The notes: a model not told the origin generated them from the sequence alone. Shown: positions 1 to 10,435, counted from the first letter of the stretch. The stretch is 64,000 nucleotides of DNA from an uncultured Clostridia bacterium (GCA_905235485.1 CAJOLY010000004.1:175-64174), one strand, 5' to 3'. Translations and numbers: made by a program.

Positions 1-285
1 AGAGAAGGCACAGTTGCAGCAAAAATGCAAATTGTTGATGGAAATATTGTTAACAAACGCGTTAAAGTTTTGGAAGAAGTTAACAGACAAAACAAATTGG
101 AATACATAAAATCTCAAACCACAGTTTTGGAATGCCTAACTGAATGCGTTGAAGGAAATTTTGTTGTTGGCTACACTGAAAATTACATAAAAATTTATCT
201 TGATAAATCAGCACCACTTCACTGCCTTGTGAAAGTAAAAAACTTAATACCATTCAAAGATGGAGCATGCGCTATCATTATATGA
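1..285 (+). CDS. MiaB/MtaB-family radical-SAM methylthiotransferase, C-terminal (TRAM-like) end; 5' partial
   Basis: Frame 1 is open from the window edge. The tail ...VEGNFVVGYTENYIKIYLDK...VKVKNLIPFKDG resembles the TRAM-domain end of MtaB/MiaB enzymes. The N-terminus lies outside the window. Confidence 0.5.
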   Translation, partial: REGTVAAKMQIVDGNIVNKRVKVLEEVNRQNKLEYIKSQTTVLECLTECVEGNFVVGYTENYIKIYLDKSAPLHCLVKVKNLIPFKDGACAIII

Positions 286-381
286 TGATACAACAAACAA
301 TAAAAATTTGTGAAAAATACAAATTTTTGATTGAATAAATTATTCCATTGTGATATAATTCAAATTAGGAGATATAAAGTT

Positions 382-570
382 ATGATGATTGAACCACCTA
401 TTGAAAAAATGAGCGAAAAAATAGGAAATAAATACAAACTTGCTGTTCTTGCAAGCAAAAGAGCAGTTGAACTTCAAAAAAAATATTTAGAAGAAGGTGT
501 TGAGCCTGAAATTGAACTTTCGCAAGCTGCAAATGAAATTTGGAATGATGAAGTTGAAGTTGATGAATAG
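382..570 (+). CDS. rpoZ: DNA-directed RNA polymerase subunit omega
   Basis: MMIEPPIEKMSEKIGNKYKLAVLASKRAVELQ is the canonical omega N-terminus. AGGAG sits 10 nt upstream of the ATG at 382, so the track's upstream extension from 331 is unlikely. Confidence 0.85.
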   Translation: MMIEPPIEKMSEKIGNKYKLAVLASKRAVELQKKYLEEGVEPEIELSQAANEIWNDEVEVDE

Positions 571-658
571 TATTTAGGCAAATATCATATTTGCCTTTTT
601 GTTTTTTTGATAAAGAATATATTTGTAAAATGACAAACAAATTTTTTGAAGAGGTATT

Positions 659-1162
659 ATGAAAATACAAATTATAGGATATTCAGGAAGTGGAAAGTCA
701 ACACTTGCAAAAAAATTGGGTGTAATATACAACATACCAGTTTTGCATTTAGATAACACAAAATTTTATGGCGATTGGCAAGAAAGAACGGCAGAAGAGC
801 AAACAGCCATTGTTAAAGACTTTTTGAATAATAACAAAAATGGTTGGGTTATTGATGGAAGTTATAGTTCCATTTGTCCAGAAAGATTTGAAGAATCAGA
901 TATTACAATTTATATGAATTTTAACCGTTTCAAATGTTTTTGGTCAGCATACAAAAGGTATTGGAAACATCGAAAAGTGAATAGAGATAGTTGTCCTTGC
1001 AGAGATAAATTCGATTTTTCTTTTGCAACATGGATTTTGTTTAGGGGCAGAACAAAAAAAAGAAAACAACAACATTTGGATAACTTAAACAAAACAAAAG
1101 GTAAAAAATACATTTTTAAAAACAGAAAACAAGTTAACAAATTTGTCGATACTTTAAAATAA
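659..1162 (+). CDS. P-loop NTPase, adenylate-kinase-like / topology modulation (FlaR-like) protein
   Basis: N-terminal Walker A (IIGYSGSGKSTLAKKL), about 167 aa. The overall pattern matches small AAA/adenylate-kinase-like topology modulation proteins. Confidence 0.55.
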   Translation: MKIQIIGYSGSGKSTLAKKLGVIYNIPVLHLDNTKFYGDWQERTAEEQTAIVKDFLNNNKNGWVIDGSYSSICPERFEESDITIYMNFNRFKCFWSAYKRYWKHRKVNRDSCPCRDKFDFSFATWILFRGRTKKRKQQHLDNLNKTKGKKYIFKNRKQVNKFVDTLK

Positions 1163-1309
1163 GATGTATTAAAAAACAATGCAATAGCAAAAATCTTTAT
1201 TTTAATAATAGATAGATAAAAAAAACTTAAAAAATAAGCAAAAATCGTAAAAAAATAATAAATATTTGTAAAGTTTTAAGAAAAATATAAATTCATAAAA
1301 GATAAAAGT

Positions 1310-3490
1310 ATGTTTGTAGAAGTTATTGTTGATATTTTAAATAGTGAAGTTGATAGAATATTTGACTATGAAGTCAGCACTCCTGTTGTTCCTGGAACAA
1401 GGGTGCTTGTTCCGTTTGGAAATCGAAAAGTTGAAGGCTATGTATTGAATATAAAAAATGAAACAAAACTAGAAAAATCAAAAGTCAAAAGTGTCTTAAG
1501 TTTTGATGATGAACCAGTACTTATTCCTGAAATGCTAAAACTTATAGATTTTTTGACTCAAAATTTCAATCTCAGAAAGATGGATGCAATTCGCCTTTTT
1601 GTTCCTGCAGGGCTTAGAAAAAACAAAGTTCAAACAAAGTTTGAAACTTTTGCAGTTTTGGCAAATGAAAACTTTGATGTTACAACATTAAAATCCACAG
1701 CAAAAAATCAAAAAAACTTATTTGATTTTATAAAAGAAAAAAATAGAGAAAACATTGTAGAACTAAATAAAAAATTTACTCAAAATGCAGTAAAAAAACT
1801 TGTTGAATTAGGTGTGCTTAAATTAGAAAAACAAAAAGTAATTGCAAAATCAAAGGACTATGGCGCAAAAAACAAAGATGTAATTTTAACTGAAACTCAA
1901 AAAAATATTGCAAATGAGATTGTTCAAAAACCTGACACATATTTGTTGTTTGGAGTTACAGGAAGTGGCAAAACAGAAGTGTATATGAATGTTATAAAAC
2001 AAATATTGTCAAGAAATCAAACTGCAATTATGCTTGTGCCAGAAATTTCTCTTACTCCACAGGTTGTAATGCACTTCAAAGCAAAATTTGGTGATAAAAT
2101 TGCTATTCTCCACAGTGGGCTTTCTGTTAGAGAGAGATATGATGAATGGTTTAGAATATATAATGGAGACGCAAAAGTTGTTGTTGGTGCAAGAAGTGCA
2201 ATTTTTGCCCCAATCAAAAATATTGGTGTTATTGTTGTTGATGAAGAGCACGATACAAGCTATTTTAGTGAGTCAAATCCAAGATATTCAACAATTGAAG
2301 TTGCAAAATTCAGGGCAAAATACAACAATGCTTCACTTGTTCTTGGCAGTGCAACACCTGATGTTGAAAGCTTTTACAAGGCAAAAATAGGTGAATATCA
2401 ACTTTTGGAAATGCCAGAAAGAGTCAACAAAGCACCGATGCCAAACTTTCAAATTGTAGATATGCTCAGTGAAATTAGAAATGGCAACAATTCAATTTTT
2501 AGCAATGCACTTGTTGCTCAGCTTAGTGAATGTTTAAAAAACAAAAAACAAGCAATGATTTATCTTAATCGTCGAGGATATCAAAGTAGTGTTGTTTGCC
2601 GTGATTGCGGATATGTGGTTAAGTGTGAAAATTGTGATGTTCCACTTGTGTATCACAAAGAGGACAATATGCTCAAATGTCACTATTGTGATGCAAGATA
2701 TCACACTTTGCTCACTTGTCCAAATTGCGCAAGCACAGATCTTAAATATGGTGCAATAGGCACTCAAAAAGTTGTTGAAGAACTAAAAAAACTTTTTCCA
2801 AACACAAAAATTTTTAGAATGGACAACGATAACACAAGAACAAAAGATGCACACTTTGAAATTCTCAGTCAATTTGCTAGCACTCCATCAAGCATTTTGG
2901 TTGGCACACAAATGATTGCAAAAGGGCACGATTTTCCACTCGTAACACTCGTGGGAATTGTTGATGCAGATATGGGACTTCATTTTGCAGATTTTAGGGC
3001 AAGCGAAAGATGTTTTTCACTCATAACCCAAGTTGCTGGCAGAGCAGGGCGTGGAGAATATGAAGGCAAAGTTGTGCTTCAAACCTATATGCCAAAAAAT
3101 AACACATATAGATGTGCAGTTAACTATGACTATAAAAACTTTTTCAAGCATGAACTAAACATTCGTGAAGTAACAAAATTTCCACCATTTGTCACAATTC
3201 TTAGAGTACTTGTTTCAGGTGGAGATGAACAAAAAGTCACTGCGAAAACAAAAGAATATTATGATAGAATAAAGGAAATTAAAGAGCAAAATCCAAATAG
3301 TTTTGTATACCTTAATGCTATGAAATGCCCAGTAAAACGCATTCAAAACAAATTTAGGTATCAAATTTTGATGCGAATTGTGCAAAAAGACTATACAAAA
3401 ATAAGAGATTTAATTTATAATATAGATAGAAATTTAAAGCATAAAGATATAATCAGTTTTGTGGAAGTTAATCCTCAAAACCTATCTTAA
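1310..3490 (+). CDS. priA: primosomal protein N' (replication restart helicase PriA)
   Basis: Walker A GVTGSGKTEVY, DEEH box, a Cys4-type zinc-binding insert (CRDCG...CENCD...CHYCD...CPNC), and the conserved priA-def-fmt order. Confidence 0.95.
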   Translation: MFVEVIVDILNSEVDRIFDYEVSTPVVPGTRVLVPFGNRKVEGYVLNIKNETKLEKSKVKSVLSFDDEPVLIPEMLKLIDFLTQNFNLRKMDAIRLFVPAGLRKNKVQTKFETFAVLANENFDVTTLKSTAKNQKNLFDFIKEKNRENIVELNKKFTQNAVKKLVELGVLKLEKQKVIAKSKDYGAKNKDVILTETQKNIANEIVQKPDTYLLFGVTGSGKTEVYMNVIKQILSRNQTAIMLVPEISLTPQVVMHFKAKFGDKIAILHSGLSVRERYDEWFRIYNGDAKVVVGARSAIFAPIKNIGVIVVDEEHDTSYFSESNPRYSTIEVAKFRAKYNNASLVLGSATPDVESFYKAKIGEYQLLEMPERVNKAPMPNFQIVDMLSEIRNGNNSIFSNALVAQLSECLKNKKQAMIYLNRRGYQSSVVCRDCGYVVKCENCDVPLVYHKEDNMLKCHYCDARYHTLLTCPNCASTDLKYGAIGTQKVVEELKKLFPNTKIFRMDNDNTRTKDAHFEILSQFASTPSSILVGTQMIAKGHDFPLVTLVGIVDADMGLHFADFRASERCFSLITQVAGRAGRGEYEGKVVLQTYMPKNNTYRCAVNYDYKNFFKHELNIREVTKFPPFVTILRVLVSGGDEQKVTAKTKEYYDRIKEIKEQNPNSFVYLNAMKCPVKRIQNKFRYQILMRIVQKDYTKIRDLIYNIDRNLKHKDIISFVEVNPQNLS

Positions 3491-3503
3491 AAAGGAGAAA
3501 AAT

Positions 3504-4007
3504 ATGGCATTTAGAAATGTGGTTTATTCAAATGAACCTTTGATAAGAAAAAAAAGTCGCCCAGTGACTGATTTTGATGACAATTTGATTGAACTGCTTA
3601 ACGATATGTATGAAACAATGAAAAAGGAAGATGGAGTTGGAATTGCAGCTCCTCAAATTGGTGTTCTTAGGCAAATTGTTGTTATTGAAGCCAATGGAAT
3701 GAAACTTGAACTTATCAATCCAAAAATTGTGAAAAGTAGTGGAAGTCAAAAAAGTTTTGAAGGTTGTTTGAGTGTTAAGGAATACAATGGCATTGTTGTT
3801 CGCCCTTACAAAGTGACAATTGAAGCACAAGATAGATTTGGCTATCCATTTTCAATGACAGTAGAAGATTTTATGGCAACAGTCTTTTGCCACGAAATTG
3901 ACCATTTGAACGGGATACTTTTCATTGATAAGGCAATAGAACTATTTAGAAAAGATGACAAAAAAGCACTAGAAAAATTTGAAAAAATGATGCAAGAGAG
4001 TAGTTAA
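3504..4007 (+). CDS. def: peptide deformylase
   Basis: All three deformylase motifs are present: GIAAPQIG, EGCLS and HEIDHLNG. GGAG lies upstream of the ATG at 3504. Confidence 0.95.
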   Translation: MAFRNVVYSNEPLIRKKSRPVTDFDDNLIELLNDMYETMKKEDGVGIAAPQIGVLRQIVVIEANGMKLELINPKIVKSSGSQKSFEGCLSVKEYNGIVVRPYKVTIEAQDRFGYPFSMTVEDFMATVFCHEIDHLNGILFIDKAIELFRKDDKKALEKFEKMMQESS

Positions 4008-4050
4008 GTGTTGAAGATAACAAAATTTTAAAACTAAAAAGGAAAAGATT

Positions 4051-5004
4051 ATGAAAATTATTTTTATGGGCACTCCAAAATATGGTGCAATAGTACTCAA
4101 AAAATTGATTGAAAGCAGGCACAAAGTTGTGGCTGTTGTTTGCCAACCAGACAAGCCTGTTGGAAGAAAGCAAATTCTCACACCACCTGAAACAAAAGTG
4201 CTTGCAAAAGAAAATAATATTCCAGTTTATCAATTCAAAAAAATAAGAATTGATGGTGTTGAAACTCTTAAAAAAATTGATGCTGACATCATTGTGACAG
4301 CAGCTTATGGACAAATACTTAGTCAAGAAATTTTGGATATCACCAAATTTGGAGTTTATAATGTTCACGCATCAGTGCTTCCAAAATATAGGGGGAGTAG
4401 TCCAATTCAATGGAGTTTAATAAATGGTGAAAAAACTATCGGTGTAACTATTCTAAAAACTTTGAAAGGACTTGACAATGGACCAATACTCCTCACAAAA
4501 GAGTGTGATATTTTAGACACTGACACTGTTGAAAGTCTTATGGAAAAACTGGGAGAATTAGGTGCTGATTTGATGCTTGAAGGACTTGATTTGCTTGAAA
4601 GTGGAAACTATGTTTTAACACCTCAAAATGAAAATGAAATGACATATTTTCCAATGCTAAAAAAAGAAAATAGCAATATAGATTTTTCAAAGTCAGCGAC
4701 TGAAATTTGCAACTTTGTGAGAGGTATGGTAGAGTGGCCAGTTGCCGTAACAAACATAATGGGAAACGCAACAAAAGTTTTCAAAGCAGAACCAGTCTCA
4801 TATCTTGCAGAGAGAGAATATGCAAACGCAGAAGTTGTATGTGCGACCAGCAAACTTGGACTTATTGTTAAGTGTGGTGATGGCTTTGTGAGACTTTTGG
4901 AAATTCAACCTCAAAATTCAAAAAGAATGAAAGATAAAGATTTTTTGAATGGCAAAAAAATTCCCGTTGGAACAAATCTTTTGAAAGTAAATTTTGATAA
5001 ATAA
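4051..5004 (+). CDS. fmt: methionyl-tRNA formyltransferase
   Basis: N-terminal MKIIFMGTP..., NVHASVLPKYRGSSPIQW motif, located downstream of def. Confidence 0.95.
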   Translation: MKIIFMGTPKYGAIVLKKLIESRHKVVAVVCQPDKPVGRKQILTPPETKVLAKENNIPVYQFKKIRIDGVETLKKIDADIIVTAAYGQILSQEILDITKFGVYNVHASVLPKYRGSSPIQWSLINGEKTIGVTILKTLKGLDNGPILLTKECDILDTDTVESLMEKLGELGADLMLEGLDLLESGNYVLTPQNENEMTYFPMLKKENSNIDFSKSATEICNFVRGMVEWPVAVTNIMGNATKVFKAEPVSYLAEREYANAEVVCATSKLGLIVKCGDGFVRLLEIQPQNSKRMKDKDFLNGKKIPVGTNLLKVNFDK

Positions 5005-5143
5005 TAAATAAAAAAATAATTTTATTTTTTGATAATAAATAATAAAAATAATAAAAATTTATAAAAAATTACTAAAAAAACGTACATTTTTTAATAATTT
5101 TTGTCTGTTTTTTAAAAAAAATAAATATTTAAGCGAGAATAAT

Positions 5144-6193
5144 ATGGATTGTTTACTTGATTTTAGCAAAGAAGAATTAAAAGAAATTCTTGCTTCACTT
5201 GACATAAAAGGCTTTAGGGTGGAGCAAATTTTTGTTGCTTTAAATCAAGGAAAAACTTTCACTGAAATGAACATTCCAAGCGAAATTAAGGAAAAACTTT
5301 CAAACAATTTTATTAGTCAACCAGTTTTGATTTTAGATAAAAAAATTTCTAGAGATGGAACAGTAAAATTTTTATTTAGACTTTTTGACAATAATATTAT
5401 TGAAGGAGTTTTGATGAAGTATAAATATGGTTACACACTTTGTGTTTCAACACAAGTTGGTTGCCGTATGGGCTGTAAGTTTTGTGCAAGCACACTTAAT
5501 GGCCTTGTTAGGAATCTAAGTGCGGGCGAAATACTTGGTCAGGTTATTGTTGCAAACAAGTTTTTGGGTGGTAAACTTGGCGAAAACAGAATGATAACAA
5601 ATATAGTTTTGATGGGATCTGGCGAACCACTTGACAACTATGAAAATGTCACAAAGTTTTTGAAATTAGTTACAAGTCAATACAGCCTGAATATTAGTGA
5701 AAGAAACATTAGTTTGTCAACTTGTGGCGTTGTTGAAAATATAAAAAAACTTGCAGATGACGGTTTCAAAATAACGTTAACAATCAGTTTGCACGCGTCA
5801 AATGATGAAAAACGAAAAGAGCTTATGCCTATTGCAAACAAATATTCAATCAAAAAAATTTTGTCTGCTTGTAAATATTATTTTAAAAAAACAAATAGGC
5901 GAGTTGTTTTTGAATATGTGCTTGTAAAAGATAAAAATGACACACTTGAGGATGCAAAGTCTCTCAAAGAACTTCTCAAAGGCTTTCCAACTCACTTAAA
6001 TGTTATTCCTCTTAATAGTGTTGAAGAACGAAATTTGATTGGCTCAACGCGCGAAAGAGCAAACGAGTTTGTACAAATGCTCACAAAACTTGGTCAAAGT
6101 GCAACATTGAGGCGAACTCTTGGAGAGGATATTGACGGTGCTTGTGGCCAGCTTAGACAAAAATATATTGATAACAATGGAAATATAAATTAA
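5144..6193 (+). CDS. rlmN: 23S rRNA/tRNA (adenine-C2)-methyltransferase RlmN (radical SAM)
   Basis: Radical SAM CRMGCKFCAS motif, the C-terminal catalytic Cys context (DIDGACGQL), and typical length. Confidence 0.9.
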   Translation: MDCLLDFSKEELKEILASLDIKGFRVEQIFVALNQGKTFTEMNIPSEIKEKLSNNFISQPVLILDKKISRDGTVKFLFRLFDNNIIEGVLMKYKYGYTLCVSTQVGCRMGCKFCASTLNGLVRNLSAGEILGQVIVANKFLGGKLGENRMITNIVLMGSGEPLDNYENVTKFLKLVTSQYSLNISERNISLSTCGVVENIKKLADDGFKITLTISLHASNDEKRKELMPIANKYSIKKILSACKYYFKKTNRRVVFEYVLVKDKNDTLEDAKSLKELLKGFPTHLNVIPLNSVEERNLIGSTRERANEFVQMLTKLGQSATLRRTLGEDIDGACGQLRQKYIDNNGNIN

Positions 6194-6228
6194 AAAAAAT
6201 TGATATGTAATTTACTATCAATTTTTTA
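6192..6228. terminator. bidirectional intrinsic terminator between rlmN and the convergent 152-aa gene
   Basis: ATTGATA/TATCAAT stem flanked by an A-run on the left and a T-run on the right. Confidence 0.55.
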
Positions 6229-6243
6229 TTTATTTTAAAAAAT

Positions 6244-6702
6244 TTATATTTTATCAATTTCAAACCCTAAATTACTTGCAAGTTTTTCAAATTTAACAAT
6301 ATTAAATATTCCCCATTGAGTGCAAACAACAACAGTGTTTCCATCTTTCAAATTTAGTTGGTTATTCATAAAATATCTCTTTTCTGGATCCTTAATTTTG
6401 TTTGTATTTTGGGTGGTTTCAACAACATTGAGTGACCCTTGAAGTGATTTATCAAAAACTTCTTGTAATTCAGCTAGAGTAGGGTTTTGGTTTTCAATAT
6501 ATTTTTTTATAACTTCCAAAACAAGTCTATTTTTTGGCAAAATTTTGTTATTAAAGACATATTTTGTTTTGTCTCTGCCTGGCTTTGCTATTGGTTGAGG
6601 AATTTCAAATAGTGTTGTTTGAATCCCATTTTTAGCATTTAACAAATTTTCAATTCTTTCCAATCTACTTTTTAACATTAAAATTTCTAATTCTAAATCC
6701 AT
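6244..6702 (-). CDS. hypothetical protein (N-terminal coiled coil, unassigned C-terminal domain)
   Basis: 152-aa ORF, a lone minus-strand gene with its own terminator. No motif I can assign. Confidence 0.5.
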   Translation of the reverse strand: MDLELEILMLKSRLERIENLLNAKNGIQTTLFEIPQPIAKPGRDKTKYVFNNKILPKNRLVLEVIKKYIENQNPTLAELQEVFDKSLQGSLNVVETTQNTNKIKDPEKRYFMNNQLNLKDGNTVVVCTQWGIFNIVKFEKLASNLGFEIDKI

Positions 6703-6844
6703 AGTTGCATTATATCATAACTCGTAAGTTTTTGCAAGTTTTTTTGTAAAACTTTAATTATTTTTAAAAAACTAAAAAAAACTTTAAAAAACTATTGACA
6801 ACTTAAAAAAACTGTGTTAAATTATAAATGTTTAAGGAGTTAAT

Positions 6845-7255
6845 ATGGAACAAAAGAAAATTATAAGAACAGTTGCTGGAGTGATTGAAAATGAAAACGG
6901 CGAAATTATGTGCACTTTAAGAGATCAAGGAAAGTATGATTATGTGTCTTTCAAATGGGAATTTCCAGGTGGAAAAATTGAGGAAGGTGAAACATTAGAG
7001 CAAACACTTGAAAGAGAATTGAGGGAGGAATTGGAAATAAAAGTTGATATAGAAGAGTTCTTTTATCAAGTTGAACATGATTATCCTGATTTTCATCTTT
7101 CAATGGCAGTTTTTAAATGCAAACTCATCAGTCACAATATTCACATGAATGTGCATAAAGACATAAAATGGTTAAATCCAAAGGATATGCTTGAACTTGA
7201 TTGGGCTGCCGCAGATTTGCCAGTTGCACAAAAAGTATATGATTTGAGTAAATAA
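6845..7255 (+). CDS. NUDIX hydrolase (MutT-like 8-oxo-dGTP diphosphatase family)
   Basis: Nudix box GGKIEEGETLEQTLERELREELEI. Confidence 0.85.
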   Translation: MEQKKIIRTVAGVIENENGEIMCTLRDQGKYDYVSFKWEFPGGKIEEGETLEQTLERELREELEIKVDIEEFFYQVEHDYPDFHLSMAVFKCKLISHNIHMNVHKDIKWLNPKDMLELDWAAADLPVAQKVYDLSK

Positions 7256-7289
7256 TGATTAAAACAAAGATTTTATATTTATTTCAATG

Positions 7290-7312
7290 AAAGCACCAAT
7301 TGGTGCTTTTTT
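7290..7312 (+). terminator. intrinsic terminator after the NUDIX gene
   Basis: AAAGCACC-AATT-GGTGCTTT stem-loop followed by a T-run. Confidence 0.7.
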
Positions 7313-7351
7313 GTTTGCTATAATATTAACAAATTTGATATAATCTAACAT

Positions 7352-8650
7352 ATGGAAGAAATAAATTTGTTTCAAGACACAAAAAAATTTGCGCCACTTG
7401 CTGATAGGGTTAGACCTACAACTCTTGATGAATTTGTTGGGCAAACTCATATTATAAAAAAAGGTGGCATAATTGAAAAAGCTATAAAAAATGGAACGCT
7501 AGGTAGTTGTATATTTTATGGTCCACCTGGAACTGGAAAGACAACCCTTGCAAGCATTATTGCTAGTTCCAGTGGAGCAGTTTTCAAAAAACTTAATGCC
7601 ATAAATAGTGGAGTTGGTGATGCAAAGGAAGTAATTAGCGAGGCAAAACGCAATTTGGAACTTTATGGCAAACGAACATATCTACTACTTGATGAATGTC
7701 ATAGATGGAACAAAGCACAAAGTGATAGTGTTTTGGAAGCAATTGAAAATGGAAGCATAATTTTTATTGGGAGCACAACTGAAAATCCTTATACAAGTAT
7801 GACAAGAGCCATTGTTTCTAGATGCAGGATTTTTGAGTTTAAACCACTTGAAAAAAATGATATTAAACTTGCAATTTTAAACGCAATAAAGTCACCAAAA
7901 GGCCTTGCCGATTTTGATATTGATATAAGGCCAGATGCTTTAGATTATCTTGCTTTTGCAACAGGTGGAGACCTAAGAAAAGCACTTAACACTCTTGAAA
8001 TTGCAAGCACAACTGGAAAGATTGAAAATGGAAGAGTAATTATTGACAAGGAATTGATTTCCGAATGTCTTGATGAAAAAGTTATGAGTATTGATGAAAA
8101 TCAATATTATGATATGCTTTCAGCTTTCTGCAAAAGTATTCGTGGAAGTGATGCTGATAGTGCACTATTTTACGCTTTTCGTTTGATTGAAAGTGGAGTT
8201 GATCCGCTCATCATTTTTCGTAGGCTTATCGCCCACACAAGTGAAGATATTGGAATGGCAAATTCAAATGCAATGGTCGTTGCAGTTTCTGCAATGACAG
8301 CCTATCAAAATATGGGAAAACCAGAAGGACTTATTCCTATGACTCACGCTATAATTTATGCTTGTGAAAGTGATAAGTCAAATAGTGTGATTATTGCCAA
8401 AAATATGGCAGAGTTTGATGCAAAAAACCTAAAAACTGTTACTGTTCCAAATGCATTAAAAAATCATCCTTCAACAAATGATGATGGCACGGGAATGTAC
8501 AAATATCCTCACGACTATGGAGGTTATGTCTATCAACAATATATGCCAAAAGAACTTGAAGGGAAAGTGTATTACACACCACAAAAAAATGGATGTGAAA
8601 AGGATATGACACGCAAAAAAGTGTTTGAAAAGGATAAAAATAATTATTAA
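7352..8650 (+). CDS. rarA: replication-associated recombination protein A (AAA+ ATPase)
   Basis: Walker A GPPGTGKTT, LLLDECHRWNK box, and a MgsA-type C-terminal domain (...YKYPHDYGGYV...). Confidence 0.9.
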   Translation: MEEINLFQDTKKFAPLADRVRPTTLDEFVGQTHIIKKGGIIEKAIKNGTLGSCIFYGPPGTGKTTLASIIASSSGAVFKKLNAINSGVGDAKEVISEAKRNLELYGKRTYLLLDECHRWNKAQSDSVLEAIENGSIIFIGSTTENPYTSMTRAIVSRCRIFEFKPLEKNDIKLAILNAIKSPKGLADFDIDIRPDALDYLAFATGGDLRKALNTLEIASTTGKIENGRVIIDKELISECLDEKVMSIDENQYYDMLSAFCKSIRGSDADSALFYAFRLIESGVDPLIIFRRLIAHTSEDIGMANSNAMVVAVSAMTAYQNMGKPEGLIPMTHAIIYACESDKSNSVIIAKNMAEFDAKNLKTVTVPNALKNHPSTNDDGTGMYKYPHDYGGYVYQQYMPKELEGKVYYTPQKNGCEKDMTRKKVFEKDKNNY

Positions 8651-8797
8651 ATATCATTCAACTTTTTGTCATTTTAGGAGCAAAGCGATGTGAGAGTCAA
8701 CCATAGAAAGCACTCCCTGTCTATCTTTCATTTTTTCAAATTATTTTAATCTTTTGATTTTAAAATTTATTGATATACTGTTATCAAAAGGAGTTTT

Positions 8798-9439
8798 ATG
8801 TTAGTTTCTGTTTCAACAATGCCAGCAGGTAACAATTATTTAAAATATGTGAAAGAAATCGAAAATTTCACTGATTTTATGCACCTTGATGTTTGCGACG
8901 GCGTATATAATCAAACAAAATGCTTTTCGGTTGAGTTTGCAAAAGAAATAAACAGAAATTCAACAATACCTTTGGATTGTCATTTGATGACAAAAAATGC
9001 AATCAATTTTGCAGAAGATTATATAAAGGCTGGAGCAAATATTGTCACTGCACAAATTGAAAGTTTTGAAACAAAAAATGAGGTTTTGAAATATATTAAT
9101 TTTGTCCACGACCGCAATGCACTTTGTGGATTATCACTAGAAATAGAAACTAAATTAGATGAAATTTTACAATATTTAAAATACTTGGATATTATCTTGA
9201 TTATGTCAGTCAAAACAGGCAAAAGTGGGCAAAAATTTGATGAAAGCGTAATATTAAAAATAAAAAAACTGGCTGAATTAAGGCAAAAGAATAAACTTGA
9301 TTTCAAAATTGAAGTAGACGGTGGAATAACTGAAAAAGAGGCAATTATTTTAAAAAATTTTGGCGTAGATATTGTTGTTAGTGGAAATTTTGTATTCTCA
9401 TCACAAAACAAAAAAGACGCAATAAATTTATTGAAATAA
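8798..9439 (+). CDS. ribulose-phosphate 3-epimerase family protein (divergent)
   Basis: Rpe-like metal and catalytic positions are retained (HLDVCDG, DCHLM, LIMSV..G.SGQKF, EVDGG, VSG). The rest of the protein is divergent. Confidence 0.65.
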   Translation: MLVSVSTMPAGNNYLKYVKEIENFTDFMHLDVCDGVYNQTKCFSVEFAKEINRNSTIPLDCHLMTKNAINFAEDYIKAGANIVTAQIESFETKNEVLKYINFVHDRNALCGLSLEIETKLDEILQYLKYLDIILIMSVKTGKSGQKFDESVILKIKKLAELRQKNKLDFKIEVDGGITEKEAIILKNFGVDIVVSGNFVFSSQNKKDAINLLK

Positions 9440-9655
9440 ATGTAACTATTCACAACAATAAAATTTTTTTCATAAAATATCATAGGAGTTTATTCTATGA
9501 TATTTTGTTTTAAGGTTCCAGCATTTTTGTCACCTATTTTAAAGTTGATTTTCAAAAAGCATTTGAAATAATTTTTTACATATTTAAATCAAAAAAAAGG
9601 CTCTTTGAGATATCTCATTTTGAGCCTTGTTTTTCAATTTATCATAATTATATGC

Positions 9656-9838
9656 TTAAGCTTTTTTTGCTGTTTTCAAGCATTTTGTACAAACATATTG
9701 TCTCTTTTCAACACCGTCAACTTCAACATTAACTTTTTGAACATTAGCATTCCATTGTTTGTTTGTCTTTATATTTGAGTGGCTAACTTGATGTCCGCCC
9801 ATTTTTCCTTTTCCGCATATACTGCATACTCTTGACAT
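9656..9838 (-). CDS. rpmB: 50S ribosomal protein L28
   Basis: MSRVCSICGKGKMGGHQVSHSNIKTNKQW... is canonical L28. GGAGGA lies upstream of the ATG at 9838, so the track's longer ORF to 9907 is rejected. Confidence 0.95.
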   Translation of the reverse strand: MSRVCSICGKGKMGGHQVSHSNIKTNKQWNANVQKVNVEVDGVEKRQYVCTKCLKTAKKA

Positions 9839-10035
9839 AAACATTATCCTCCTAGTGAGTTTCGCTTTAAACTGATATATTCTATCAAATAAAATTACAA
9901 AAATCAAGCATATTTCTTTTTTATTTCAAAATTTTCCAAAAAAATATTATAAGGAACAAAAAAAACTATCGAAATCCTTGATTTTATATATATTTTATAG
10001 TAAAATAAATGTTGATTATCTATATAGGGGGATTT

Positions 10036-10386
10036 ATGGCTGTCAAAACTGTTAATAGTTATGGAAAGATAAGTATTAGCGATGAGGCAATTGAAATGGT
10101 TGCTGGTAGCACTGCACTAGAATGTTATGGTGTGGTTGATTTGGTAGCTAAAAGACTTTCAGATAATTTTGCTTTAATGTTTAAAAGGCAACAACTTAAA
10201 AAAGGTGTAAAAGTTTTAACCGTAGACAACAAAATTTACATTGACCTTTATGTAATTCTTAAATACAGTGTAAGTATCAGCGCAGTTGCAGAAAGCTTGA
10301 AAAAAACAGTTAAATATAGCGTTGAAAAATTCACTGGAATGATTGTTGATAGTGTCAATGTCAATGTTTGTGGAATTAGGGTTTAA
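10036..10386 (+). CDS. yloU: Asp23/Gls24 family envelope stress protein
   Basis: MAVKTVNSYGKISISDEAIEMVAG... is an Asp23-family N-terminus. It is divergent from rpmB and upstream of the DAK2 gene, as in B. subtilis rpmB/yloU-yloV. Confidence 0.8.
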   Translation: MAVKTVNSYGKISISDEAIEMVAGSTALECYGVVDLVAKRLSDNFALMFKRQQLKKGVKVLTVDNKIYIDLYVILKYSVSISAVAESLKKTVKYSVEKFTGMIVDSVNVNVCGIRV

Positions 10387-10435
10387 ACTTTTTTTATGAT
10401 ATTATAAGTGTTAATAAAGGAAGGATATTTGCAAT

